DNA of 64,000 nucleotides, taken from Haliotis rufescens (Eukaryota). The number at the start of each line of letters is the position of its first letter. The stretch's first letter is position 1. The stretch is from assembly GCF_023055435.1 (NCBI RefSeq), contig NW_025963979.1, forward strand, positions 6,820,001 through 6,884,000, in the 5' to 3' direction. Positions 27,523 through 41,316 of this stretch are shown here, piece after piece. The translations under genes were made by a program, and so were the position numbers. The notes below the pieces were generated by a model that was not told the DNA's origin, searched no databases, and saw only the letters and a program-made list of their open reading frames with translations.

Positions 27523-28650
27523 TAGAGAGAGAGGAATGTTTATTTATGTGTCACACACAGAAGCCGTCATGGTAAACACATTTGGCATAGTATGATTTAA
27601 GAACAAAAGCTTGTACATCCAGCCTTATTAGGCTTATGAGACACATAAAAATACAAGTGTATCCATTGTGAAATAATAATAATAATAATAACAATTATTA
27701 AATAAAATAATATATATGTACTATACTAATAACAATAAAAGTGGTGTTTAACTTTTTTAAAGTAACAATAATAATTGTAGTAATAATGATAATTAACTTT
27801 TATAGTTTTGTCTTCTTTTAAACATATAATATAGACATTTAGCTGAAATGTGTTGCAGTGATTCCATTTGCATAATAAAAATCAATTTGTCTGAGCTGCC
27901 TAAATTTAAAGAATCACTGTTAATAGCAAAAGCTTCTTGTAAAAGATCAAAACGTAAGTCATCATAAAAGTTACATTCGATTAAGAAATGGCATTCATCT
28001 TCAATATAAGTGGGGGGAGCATCGTGATCATGAGAGTATATACAATATTTACATATTCTTTGATATAAAGGAGTGGGAGTCTCGGAGTATCGGCCGGTCT
28101 CAATGGAAGTGGAAGATGGAAGTGGCAGTGGAAGATTACCGCATCTAAAAAAGGCTAAAATTCTTCTATGATCCTTGAACTTTACATTCTTGACATAAAA
28201 ATCGACATCCGGAAAACATTTATAAGTTCTATAAGTTCGTAATTTATTCCCGTTTGGTTTATTTCTGTCATCCCATACAGCGGCAAGCCATTTATCGTTA
28301 TCATCAGAAGTGAGAACATTTCTAACATGAGCGATGCATTGTTTCATAGTCAAACCCGATCTCAATAAGAAGTCCACATTAAAATGAGTTAAAACCTTAA
28401 GAAATCTTTTATCCCAGGACTGTAATTTCTTAGAAGACCATTTGTGAACAACATAGGGGATACACGAATGAGGCATATTATATAGTCTAAAATATAAACA
28501 ACATTCAGTAAGTTGTGTGACCTTCACAGAGCCCCATCCCATATCACCTCTCATAGCACTAACAGATGCATTCTTTTTTACTCCTAGAAATAGTCGACAG
28601 GCTTTATTTTGAACTACTTCAATCTCTTTATATGTATTTAAACTTAATAG
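27523..28650 (-). mobile_element. 5'-truncated CR1/L2-group LINE: ORF2 C-terminus (27793-28554) and 3' UTR
   Basis: VQNKACRLFLGV..AMRGDMGW, NKLRTY, FRCG..IETGRY, RICKYC..IEDECHFLIECNFYDDLR (CCHC knuckle). AATAAA and a (CT)n tail lie near 27525-27545. Confidence 0.88.
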
Positions 28651-31600
28651 GAGACCTCAAGCGATACATGGGTGACCAGCGGTGGTGACCATCCGTGGCG
28701 TGGGTGAAAGATGTTACGTAATACCTATGAACTCTATGGACCTTGGAGACTCCTGAAATAATGGTTACGAGACACGCCCACCTACGTCACGGTGTACAGA
28801 GTTAGCTTCTCTTTACCTGTTCATGATGAACTCAAAGCGCATGACGCTGTTCAGTCGCCAAATAAGCCCGTTACAATTACCTATGACATCGACGTCGAGA
28901 CGGTTCAAGAAGTACCAACGACATATCTCAGTTTAACATGAGCATTAGACCCGTGACGATCCGGGGAGGAAAAGGTCTTCAGCGCCCCATGGTTGCCGTG
29001 AAAGGCGACTGCTTGTCTTATGAGGCGATTAACGGGATCGGGTGGTCAGGCACGCTGACTTGATTGATGCATGGCATCATATCCCAAATGCGACAAACGA
29101 TTAGAAAATGTGTGACTTTATTCTAACACTGTACAAGACACCAGAGGCTACACTGGTGTATGGTCTCTGAAAACACTTCGAGGCGAACGTGGCTCGGGGG
29201 ACTTCAGGCCCGATGGCAAACCTGTTTTATCGATACTTATGGAAGCAAGTCGACTATGGTTATCTTCAATCTTCAAGGACAATTGTGAGCATTTTAATTT
29301 CTGCACAAAGAAAAAATAAAGTATCTGCTTGTCATGGATCAGTTATTGATTAATTATACGATTTTCTGTATGGTAAATTATTTACTGTTATTAAATACAG
29401 AGGACATTTAACACAAGATGGATAGACTCCACGTGTGCGAGCATAGTAAAATATATACCGTTACTCAATACCTAGGGGTATTAATCTTCAAACACAACTC
29501 TGACGAGAATTGTTTTGGAAACAGTGCACTGTTAAGTACTTTGTCCATTGTCTTTGCCCAAAAAACACACTTAAAACAACAAAAAGAAAAGATTCGCCTA
29601 TGGGGCCCACGTTGTCCAGCAACTGATAGTATTCTTTGACGTGACGAAATTGACAATGTGAACACTCTTTGACAGGCGTAGGGAGGGCTTAGAGACCATT
29701 AGAAGGACAGAGTTTGACAACGTGGGAACCGACGCCATAAATACGCTCTGCAATCAGAACGAGACGATGGAAGCTTCCCCACATCATTATATTGTTGTGA
29801 GTGACAACTTGTCGATCACAACTGATTAATGTGTGCACGGTCGCACGGCTGTTTCCAAGATGTAGCAACAGATATGTCTGTATGCTGTTGCAACGTAAAA
29901 AGCACGGGCCACGTATCGACAACGACACTCTAGTCCCAGCCAATTTAAATAGAATCACGAAAACTCGCGATGATTAATTGACGAAAATATCTGCATGTGT
30001 GCTAAGACTTAGAATGTGAAAACAAGCCACTCCGCCGATGAGGAGTATTACTTACAGACAAGACAAAAACGACAAAGGGCGCTTTTCAAGAAATGTCCAC
30101 TTGGCCATTTTTTTCATAACTGTTAGTAATAATCCTTACAGACGGAATAACTTGTTTTCACTTTATAAGTATTAGCAAACATTTAGCTATCTTCGTTAAT
30201 AAAGCATCGCCATATTTCGTGATTATATTTCAAGTGGCGAGGACTAAAGGCTTTGTTTTCATACAGTTCAATCAAGGGCGAGAAATCAATGTCCGCAGAA
30301 CTCACTGGCCCAAACTGTGACACTTAATAAATAAGGTATAATAATGTGATACCATAGCAATGAAATATCGCACCTATTATCGAAACTAAGCGATATGTTG
30401 TGTGGCCACACGTATTACAAAAATATGTTCCGTGTAAATATTACAAATAATTTAAAAACGCAATGTTTGACAAAACAAGATCTTATGACCGTTGGAAATG
30501 TTCATTGGATGTGCTTGAACGGGTATATAATTGGTGGTTTCGTCTTTGACATCAAAAACTGGCGTCACTCAAGTTACCTATATGAGGTTTGAACTCAGAT
30601 CATGCATAACAAGCGAACACAGAGTCCACATGGCCACCTGGGTAAAACTTAATCTTATAACACAAACATCGTGATTGATAAATGCGAGTCTCGTTCCATA
30701 GGCGAGGATAACGAGCAAAATATTCTCTAACACTATCATTGAATATAGATTACAATGCAAACCAACTTATAATAACAGGCAAACATTATTTATACGTTTC
30801 AGACGCTTCACTGTGACGACATTAAGGATAATTCACAACCGAATGGTAAACACAGACATGAATCTTTGAGCATGTAAAACTATTGTACAATGACGGGGCT
30901 GTTTTCATATATTCAGGGGGGGGGACTCTATACCACAATACGTCTGTATGGAAAGGCGCGTCGCACGGATAACCTCTTTCGGGTGCCCTCTTTCAAAACC
31001 ACACACACCTACACGGTACAATGGTTGTGAAAGTGTTCAAATGGCAGGACAATTTCGAAAGTCAATGACGTAGCACTCCATTCCAAGAATCGACTCTATC
31101 AAGACTTTTTCACACTTAAAAGTAAATCAAAGTACTATCTGATACCTGCAATTGTTTAAACATATTAATTGTCAAATTTGAATAATATAAGTACATATCA
31201 GTATAACACGACATGAAGGATATCATTGTACAAATTGTTACTATCATTTGCCAGTCTGAAACGTATAACCAAGACAAGAAAGTAGAAAAGATATCTCAGA
31301 AAATATAATAGCTCAGAAGAAAAATCCGGCACATCTGAAAGCGTGACAACAAAGCCAGTGGTCAGTCAGATGTTTACACACGCTATTACTGGGTATATAC
31401 CAACACTTCGTACGAAATATTAAGATGATGATTTAAAAGAGTTATGGACCATGACCTACCTGCGAGTTGAGGTTAGTTTCGCTTCGGGAAGCGCAGCAAG
31501 GTTAATATCCACCCGATCGCCACTGCAAGCACAGTCTAACTGGGGCATAACTATCACTGAAAGGTGAAGGCCAGCTCCTGTACGTGCTCACTCAACCGAC

Positions 31601-32432
31601 ACGGTGAGCCAGTAGAAAAGCATCGCGACTTCAGGTGTAAGCGTTCTTAAAGTACAGCTGGGCTACAGCAGAGTATTGTTATCGAGACATAGTTTCAGAC
31701 AAAAGATGGCCGAGTTTTACAGAACAATTAAGGGTTGGGTCTGATGTTTGACACGGGAATGCATTTTTGTGAAAAGTGTTGTAGGTTAAACTCTTCTTGT
31801 GACGCGGACATGGGTTGTCGGACGCCTATTGCAGTAGATGAACTGTTGTGAGATATTGGGACAGTTTTTACTACAATTACAAAGTAGTGTGTGATGTGAT
31901 GACTACAATGACTTCCTCGGGATCTCAGCAAACATGCCCTGAAGCGGTGCGACGTCACAGGTTTACTCGTCAGTCATTGCTTAGATTGAGTAGATGAGTA
32001 AGCTGAATATTGTCTGCTACGAAGTTACCATGATAACCCTTATGTCTCTTCAAACTTTTTGTATTTTTTATAAATAATGGTAAAGATCTTAATGGTGTGT
32101 TGATAATCTAACATTGTATCGATGTCAACTATAAATTGTCACGGGGCCACGTGCAATGCGTGTACAGTTCGACCGATCTTTATTGCCTTTAGTGGCTGTA
32201 ATTACAGATGCAGTACATGATCGACCATTGAAATAGTGAACCTTGATATTTGCAACACACCGTTATAACGATGTGAGGTGAACATGGTGGATACTGTCAG
32301 AGTATGAATGATGGAGTGACTGAGTCTACAGCGTAAGATCAGTGGAAGATAACAACACATATACCACGCAAAAGAAGTTAAACACACCTTTCTTTAACTT
32401 TAGCAGTGTTATCAATTACCCATAAACGATCG

Positions 32433-35400
32433 GTAACCACATAATCCTCACGCAGCGGCTCATGTAACACTAAACACGCAGTCGCCCCAAGCAGTGTCTC
32501 AGGGGACACTAAACACGCAGTCGCTCCATGCAGTGTCTCAGGTAACACTAAACATGCAGTCGCCCCATGCAGTGTCTTAGGTGACACTAAACACGCAGTC
32601 GCCCCATGCAGTGTCTCATGTAACACCAAACACGCAGTCGCCCCATGCAGTGTCTCAAGTGACACTAAACACGCAGTCGCCCCACGCAGTGTCTTAGGTA
32701 ACACTAAACATGCAGTCGCACCATGCAGTGTCTCAGGTAACACTTAACATGCAGTCGCCCCATGCAGTGTCTTAGGTGACACTTAACACGCAGTCGCCCC
32801 ATACAGTCTCAGGTAACACTAAACATGCAGTCGCCCCATGCAGTGTCTCAGGTAACACTAAACACGCAGTCGCACCATGCAGTGTCTCAAGTGACACTAA
32901 ACACGCATTCGCACCACGAAGTGTCTTAGGTAACACTAAACATGCAGTCGCCCCATGCAGTGTCTCAGGTGACACTAAACATGCAGTCGCCCCATGCAGT
33001 GTCTTAGGTAACACTAAACATGCAGTCGCCCCATGCAGTGTCTCAGGTGACACTAAACATGCAGTCGCCCCATGCAGTGTCTTAGGTGACACTAAACCTG
33101 CAATCGCCCCACGCAGTGTCTTAGGTAACACTAAACATGCAGTCGCGCAACGCAGTGTCTTAGGTAACACTAAACATGCAGTCGCCCCATGCAGTGTCTC
33201 ATGTAACACTTAACATGCAGTCGCCCCATGCAGTGTCTGAGGTAACACTAAACATGCAGTCGCCCAACGCAGTGTCTTAGGTAACACTAAACATGCAGTC
33301 GCCCCATGCAGTGTCTCAGGTGACACTAAACATGCAGTCGCCCCATGCAGTGTCTTAGGTGACACTAAACATGCAGTCGCCCCATGCAGTGTCTTAGGTA
33401 ACACTTAACATGCAGTCGCCCCATGCAGTGTCTTAGGTAACACTAAACATGCAGTCGCCCCATGCAGTGTCTCAGGTGACACTTAACATGCAGTCGCCCC
33501 ATGCAGTGTCTTAGGTAACACTTTACATGCAGTCGCCCCATGCAGTGTCTTAGGTAACACTAAACATGCAGTCGCCCCATGCAGTGTCTTAGGAAACACT
33601 AAACATGCAGTCGCCCCATGCAGTGTCTCAGGTGACACTAAACATGCAGTCGCCCTGTACAGTGTCTCAGGTAACACTTAACATGCAGTCGCCCCATGCA
33701 GTGTCTCAGGTGACACTAAACATGTTGTCGCCCTATGCAGTGTCTCAGGTAACACTTAACATGCAGTCGCCCCAAACAGTGTCTCAGGTAACACTAAACA
33801 TGCAGTCGCCCTATGCAGTGTCTTAGGTAACACTAAACATGCAGTCGCTCCACGTAGTGTCTTAGGTGACACTAAACCTGCAGTCGCCCTATGCAGTGTC
33901 TCAAGTGACACTAAACATGCAGTCGCCCCACGCAGTGTCTTAGGTAACACTAAACATGCAGTCGCCCTACACAGTGTCTTAGGTAACACTAAACATGCAG
34001 TCGCCCCATGCAGTGTCTCAGGTGACACTAAACATGCAGTCGCCCCATGCAGTGTCTTAGGTGACACTAAACATGCAGTCGCCCCATGCAGTGTCTCAGG
34101 TAACACTAAACATGCAGTCGCCCCATGCAGTGTCTCAAGTGACACTAAACACGCAGTCGCCCCACGCAGTGTCTTAGGTAACACTAAACATGCAGTCGCA
34201 CCATGCAGTGTCTCAGGTAACACTAAACATGCAGTCGCCCCATGCAGTGTCTTAGGTGACACTTAACACGCAGTCGCCCCAAACAGTGTCTCAGGTAACA
34301 CTAAACATGCAGTCGCCCTATGCAGTGTCTCAGGTAACACTAAACATGCAGTCGCCCCATGCAGTGTCTCAGGTGACACTAAACACGCAGTCGCCCCATG
34401 CAGTGTGTCAAGTGACACTAAACACGCAGTCGCCCCACGAAGTGTCTTAGGTAACACTAAACATGCAGTCGCCCCATGCAGTGTCTCAAGTGACACTAAA
34501 CATGCAGTCGCCCCACGCAGTGTCTTAGGTAACACTAAACATGCAGTCGCCCAACGCAGTGTCTTAGGTAACACTAAACACGCAGTCGCCCCATGCAGTG
34601 TCTCAGGTAACACTAAACATGCAGTCGCCCCATGCAGTGTCTTAGGTGACACTAAACACGCAGTCGCCCCATGCAGTGTCTCATGTAACACCAAACACGC
34701 AGTCGCCCCATGCAGTGTCTCAAGTGACACTAAACACGCAGTCGCCCCACGCAGTGTCTTAGGTAACACTAAACATGCAGTCGCACCATGCAGTGTCTCA
34801 GGTAACACTAAACATGCAGTCGCCCCATGCAGTGTCTTAGGTGACACTTAACACGCAGTCGCCCCAAACAGTGTCTCAGGTAACACTAAACATGCAGTCG
34901 CCCTATGCAGTGTCTCAGGTAACACTAAACATGCAGTCGCCCCATGCAGTGTCTCAGGTGACACTAAACACGCAGTCGCCCCATGCAGTGTGTCAAGTGA
35001 CACTAAACACGCAGTCGCCCCACGAAGTGTCTTAGGTAACACTAAACATGCAGTCGCCCCATGCAGTGTCTCAAGTGACACTAAACATGCAGTCGCCCCA
35101 CGCAGTGTCTTAGGTAACACTAAACATGCAGTCGCCCAACGCAGTGTCTTAGGTAACACTAAACACGCAGTCGCCCCATGCAGTGTCTCAGGTAACACTA
35201 AACATGCAGTCGCCCCATGCAGTGTCTTAGGTGACACTAAACACGCAGTCGCCCCATGCAGTGTCTCATGTAACACCAAACACGCAGTCGCCCCATGCAG
35301 TGTCTCAAGTGACACTAAACGCGCAGTCGCCCCACGCAGTGTCTTAGGTAACACTAAACATGCAGTCGCACCATGCAGTGTCTCAGGTAACACTAAACAT

Positions 35401-38400
35401 GCAGTCGCCCCATGCAGTGTCTTAGGTGACACTTAACACGCAGTCGCCCCATACAGTGTCTCAGGTAACACTAAACATGCAGTCGCCCTATGCAGTGTCT
35501 CAGGTAACACTAAACATGCAGTCGCCCCATGCAGTGTGTCAAGTGACACTAAACATGCAGTCGCCCCATGCAGTGTGTCAAGTGACACTAAACATGCAGT
35601 CGCCCCACGCAGTGTCTTAGGTAACACTAAACATGCAGTCGCCCAACGCAGTGTCTTAGGTAACAATAAACATGCAGTCGCCCCATGCAGTGTCTCAGGT
35701 AACACTAAACACGCAGTCGCCCCATGCAGTGTCTCAGGTAACACTAAACATGCAGTCGCCCCACGCAGTGTCTTAGGTAACACTAAACATGCAGTCGCCC
35801 AACGCAGTGTCTTAGGTAACACTAAACATGCAGTCGCCCAATGCAGTGTCTCATGTAACACTTAACATGCAGTCGCCCCAAGCAGTGTCTTAGGTGACAC
35901 TAAACATGCAGTCGCCCCATGCAGTGTCTCAGGTAACACTAAACACGCAGTCGCCCCATGCAGTGTCTCATGTAACACCAAACACGCAGTCGCCCCATGC
36001 AGTGTCTCAGGTGACACTAAACACGCAGTCGCCCCACGCAGTGTCTTAGGTAACACTTAACATGCAGTCGCACCATGCAGTGTCTCAGGTAACACTAAAC
36101 ATGCAGTTGCCCCATGCAGTGTCTTAGGTGACACTAAACCTGCAGTCGCCCCACGCAGTGTCTTAGGTGACACTAAACATGCAGTCGCCCAACGCAGTGT
36201 CTTAGGTAACACTAAACATGCAGTCGCCCCATGCAGTGTCTCATGTAACACTTAACATGCAGTCGCCCCACGCAGTGTCTTAAGTGACACTAAACATGCA
36301 GTCGCCCAACGCAGTGTCTTAGGTAACACTAAACATGCAGTCGCCCCATGCAGTGTCTTAGGTGACACTAAACATGCAGTCGCCCCATGCAGTGTCTTAA
36401 GTAACACTTAACATGCAGTCGCCCCATGCAGTGTCTTAGGTAACACTTAACATGCAGCCGCCCCATGCAGTGTCTTAAGTAACACTTAACATGTAGTCGC
36501 CCCATGCAGTGTCTTAGGTAACACTAAACATGCAGTCGCCCCATGCAGTAACCACATAATCCTCACGCAGCGGCTCATGTAACACTAAACACGCAGTCGC
36601 CCCATGCAGTGTCTCAGGTAACACTAAACATGCAGTCGCCCCACGCAGTGTCTTAGGTAACACTAAACATGCAGTCGCCCAACGCAGTGTCTTGGGTAAC
36701 ACCAAACACGCAGTCGCCCCATGCAGTGTCTCAAGTGACACTAAACACGCAGTCGCCCCACGCAGTGTCTTAGGTAACACTAAACATGCAGTCGCACCAT
36801 GCAGTGTCTCAGGTAACACTAAACATGCAGTCGCCCCATGCAGTGTCTTAGGTGACACTTAACACGCAGTCGCCCCATACAGTGTCTCAGGTAACACTAA
36901 ACATGCAGTCGCCCTATGCAGTGTCTCAGGTAACACTAAACATGCAGTCGCCCCATGCAGTGTCTCAGGTGACACTAAACATGCAGTCGCCCCATGCAGT
37001 GTGTCAAGTGACACTAAACATGCAGTCGCCCCACGCAGTGTCTTAGGTAACACTAAACATGCAGTCGCCCTATGCAGTGTCTCATGTAACACTAAACATG
37101 AAGTCGCCCCATGCAGCGGCTCATGTAACACTAAACACGCAGTCGCCACATGCAGTGTCTCAGGTAACACTAAACATGCAGTCGCCCCACGCAGTGTCTT
37201 AGGTAACACTAAACATGCAGTCGCCCAACGCAGTGTCTTAGGTAACACTAAACATGCAGTCGCCCCATGCAGTGTCTCATGTAACACTTAACATGCAGTC
37301 GCCCCAAGCAGTGTCTTAGGTGACACTAAACATGCAGTCGCCCCATGCAGTGTCTCAGGTAACACTAAACACGCAGTCGCACCATGCAGTGTCTCATGTA
37401 ACACCAAACACGCAGTCGCCCCATACAGTCTCAGGTAACACTAAACATGCAGTCGCCCCATGCAGTGTCTCAGGTAACACTAAACACGCAGTCGCCCCAT
37501 GCAGTGTCTCAGGTAACACTAAACATGCAGTCGCCCCATGCAGTGTCTTAGGTGACACTTAACACGCAGTCGCCCCATACAGTGTCTCAGGTAACACTAA
37601 ACATGCAGTCGCCCCATGCAGTGTCTGAGGTAACACTTAACATGCAGTCGCCCCATTCAGTGTCTCATGTAACACTAAACATGAAGTCGCCCCATGCATT
37701 GTCTCAGGTAACACTAAACATGCAGTCGCCCCATGCAGTGTCTCAGGTTACACTAAAGATGCAGTCGCCCAACGCAGTGTCTTAGGTAACATTCAACATG
37801 CAGTCGCCCCATGCAGCGGCTCATGTAACACTAAATATGCAGTCGCCCCATGCAGTGTCTCAGGTAACACTAAACATGCAGTCGCCCCATGCAGTGTCTC
37901 AGGTGACACTAAACACGCAGTCGCCCTATGCAGTGTCTCAGGTAACACTAAACATGCAGTCGCCCCATGCAGTGTCTCAGGTAACACTAAACATGCAGTC
38001 GCCCCACGAAGTGTCTTAGGTAACACTAAACATGCAGTCGCCCTACGCAGTGTCTTAGGTAACACTAAACATGCAGTCGCCCCATGCAGCGGCTCATGTA
38101 ACACTAAACACGCAGTCGCCCCATGCAGTGTCTTAGGTGACACTAAACCTGCAGACGCCCTATGCAGTGTCTCAAATGACACTAAACATGCAGTCGCCCC
38201 ACGAAGTGTCTTAGGTAACACTAAACATGCAGTCGCCCCATGCAGTGTCTCATGTAACACTAAACATGCAGTCGCCCCATGCAGCGGCTCATGTAACACT
38301 AAACACGCAGTCGCCCCATGCAGTGTCTCAGGTAACACTAAACATGCAGTCGCCCCATTCAGTGTCTTAGGTGACACTAAACATGCAGCCGCCCCACGCA

Positions 38401-39550
38401 GTGTCTTATGTGACATTAATCATGCAGTCGCCCCATGCAGTGTGTCATGTAACACCAAACATGCAGTCGCCCCATGCAGTGTCTCAAGTGACACTTAACA
38501 TGCAGTCGCCCCATGCAGTGTCTCAGGTGACACTAAACATGCAGTCGCTCCATGTAGTGTCTTAGGTAACACTAAACCTGCAGTCGCCCCATGCAGTGTC
38601 TCAAGTGACACTAAACATGCAGTCGCCCAACGCAGTGTCTTAGGTGACACTAAACATGCAGTCGCCCAACGCAGTGTCTTAGGTAACACTAAACATGCAG
38701 TCGCCCCACGCAGTGTCTCAGGTAACACTAAACATGCAGTCGCTCCACGTAGTGTCTTAGGTGACACTAAACCTGCAGTCGCCCTATGCAGTGTCTCAAG
38801 TGACACTAAACATGCAGTCGCCCCACGCAGTGTCTTAGGTAACACTAAACATGCAGTCGCCCAACGCAGTGTCTTAGGTAACACTAAACATGCAGTCGCC
38901 CCATGCAGCGGCTCATGTAACACTAAACACGCAGTCGCCCCATGCAGTGTCTTAGGTGACACTAAACCTGCAGTCGCCCTATGCAGTGTCTCAAGTGACA
39001 CTAAACATGCAGTCGCCCCACGCAGTGTCTTAGGTAACACTTAACATGCAGTCGCCCCATGCAGTGTCTCATGTAACACTAAACATGCAGTCGCCCCATG
39101 CAGTGTCTGAGGTAACACTTAACATGCAGTCGCCCCATTCAGTGTCTCATGTAACACTAAACACGCAGTCGCCCCATGCAGTGTCTCAAGTAACACTAAA
39201 CATGCAGTCGCCCCACGCAGTGTCTTAGGTGACACTAAACATGCAGCCGCCCCACGCAGTGTCTTATGTGACATTAATCATGCAGTCGCCCCATGCAGTG
39301 TGTCATGTAACACTAAACATGCAGTCGCCCCATGCAGTGTCTCAAGTGACACTAAACATGCAGTCGCCCCATGCAGTGTCTCAGGTGACACTAAACATGC
39401 AGTCGCCCCATGCAGTGTCTTAGGTGACACTAAACACGCAGTCGTCCCATACAGTGTCACAGGTGACCCGAAACACGCAGTCGCCCCACGCAGTGTCTCA
39501 GGTGCACTAAACATGCAGTCGCCCCATGCAGTGTTTTAGGTAACACTAAG
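32433..39550. repeat. 39-bp satellite array, ~7.1 kb (~180 monomers), with local 585-bp higher-order repeats
   Basis: Monomer AAACATGCAGTCGCCCCATGCAGTGTCTYAGGTRACACT. Blocks 34263-34847 and 34848-35432 are near identical (15 monomers each). Confidence 0.98.
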
Positions 39551-39551
39551 T

Positions 39552-40133
39552 TGATAAGTTCTGAGCCCCACACTGAAAGGGTTTACCTAAAGACGTTAAC
39601 ATTATTTATGCAGGCCTTCTTTTGGCTGTCCAAAATGTTCTCCACAGCTGCTATGGCGTCTTCGTTCGAGTCGAATCGGGTTCTGGATGGAGCTTTCTTC
39701 ATGTTCGGGAACTGATTGGAGTCAGGCGGAGCCAGATCATGAGAATAAGGTGGTTGATGAAGGTGTTCAAAGCTCCACGCGTTGACTGTAGCCAGAGTAA
39801 TGCCTAGTTTGTGTACTGGTCCATTATCCCTTGGAAGTGCACAGTCATTTCTCAGCTTCCCACATCTCTTAGTCTTAATTTCATCCTATAATTGTATTAA
39901 AATTGCAGCATAATATGTTCCGTTAATTGCCTCTCATTTTGTAAAGACAGTCCACAATGATGACGACATCGGCAGCCCAGAACACAGAGGACATAACCTA
40001 ACCTGTTGACGGCATAGTCTTTGCCTTCTTTGGGTGTGGTGATGCCAAATGCTGACTGTTTTGAATATTGGTTGGGCTCATGCTGGAAAAGGTGAACCAG
40101 ATACAAATCGTAGCAAGAAGCTTTCCGGGAATT
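39552..40133 (-). pseudogene. Decayed mariner (DD34D) transposase, 3' part, running into the gap
   Basis: Minus-strand translation gives SPHPKKAKTMPSTG, VMSSVFWAAD, DNGPVH and QPPYSHDLAPPDSNQFPNMKK..RFDSNEDAIAAVE, matching mariner HPPYSPDLAPSD. Stops and frameshifts are present. Confidence 0.88.
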
Positions 40134-40318
40134 NNNNNNNNNNNNNNNNNNNNNNNNNNNNNNNNNNNNNNNNNNNNNNNNNNNNNNNNNNNNNNNNNNN
40201 NNNNNNNNNNNNNNNNNNNNNNNNNNNNNNNNNNNNNNNNNNNNNNNNNNNNNNNNNNNNNNNNNNNNNNNNNNNNNNNNNNNNNNNNNNNNNNNNNNNN
40301 NNNNNNNNNNNNNNNNNN
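40134..40318. other. Assembly gap
   Basis: Run of N. Confidence 1.
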
Positions 40319-41032
40319 ATGGATCATCACTAACTCTGCCCATCACTGGCTTGTGTAGTCCAGGCTCGATTGTTTACAGGTCTCCGTCGCCGGAGTAATA
40401 CCGTGTGACGTCAGGCAACAAACAAACACTTACTTGTCAGGGAACCGTTCATAGAATTCCCATGACTATGTTGTCTATGGAATCTGTTTCGGCACATATT
40501 CGAGACTGATTATAATCTGGCGTTAACGTTTTGAGGTTGCTTCAAACGTGTACAGTGCGGCTTTTGGTGCGTTGTCACAAAGTGCAAGAAATCATATACA
40601 TATTAAGGTAGCATGGATAACTAAAGTTCCTAGGAAACACTTTTAACGGTTAAATGGTACTAATAGCCGTATAGCAGTTTATACTGATTCATCACTTGAA
40701 AAGATGGTTGTGTATATTTAATTACTTTAAACGTCATTAAGCACGCGTCTTAAGGTATAATGATGTATATCTGAAACCTAGTGTAACATTCTACAACTGC
40801 AAAATATAATAATTAAATTATCTGGTGTGACAGATTAACTGTAGTAATATGAAAGAATCGAGAGTTCTTTGACTTCTTTTGAGTAAGTATCAACGCATCA
40901 ACGAAAAACGAAAATCAACGGCATCAACGAAAAACACAAATCAAATACATGTATGGCATGGGGTTATCCATGAGTCACATGTGTGCCCTTAACATGACGG
41001 GCCACTAGCGGCAACACTGTACCATAACAACA

Positions 41033-41316
41033 GTGAGTGAGTGAGTTGGGTCTAACGCCGCTTTTTAACATTATTCCAGTTATATCACGACGTGTCAGCT
41101 TAATGTGGGAGGAAAGCCCGAAGTGATGCAAGTCTAAGACGTTTACCACTTCGGTGAAACCCACGAGCACGGGGATGGTACTGACAAACCTAGAAACATA
41201 ATCGGGGCGAACCGAGATTCGAATCCAGAATCATAGGTTTCTGGCGTGCCCAAGGGACGCAACTCTGCACAGCGAATCGCGGCGCCTTAGACGACTGGGC
41301 CACCCTTGCCCCCTCC
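41033..41316 (-). mobile_element. tRNA-headed SINE family C, V-SINE/RUDI-like
   Basis: A box GTGGCCCAGTCGTCTAAGGCG, B box G.TTCGAA, V-like core CGTGGGTTTCACCG...GGCTTTCCTCCCAC, (ACTC)n tail. Other copies: 7080-7320, 13621-13895, 17896-18105, 25393-25587, 25800-26068, 43490-43675, 45509-45788. Confidence 0.8.

Noticed and set aside
32378-39539. Many ORFs with 13-aa repeats (LVLPETLHGATAC), and a CRISPR-like look
   Set aside because: A by-product of a 39-bp monomer. Frames are broken by scattered stops, there are no unique spacers, there are no cas genes, and the context is eukaryotic.
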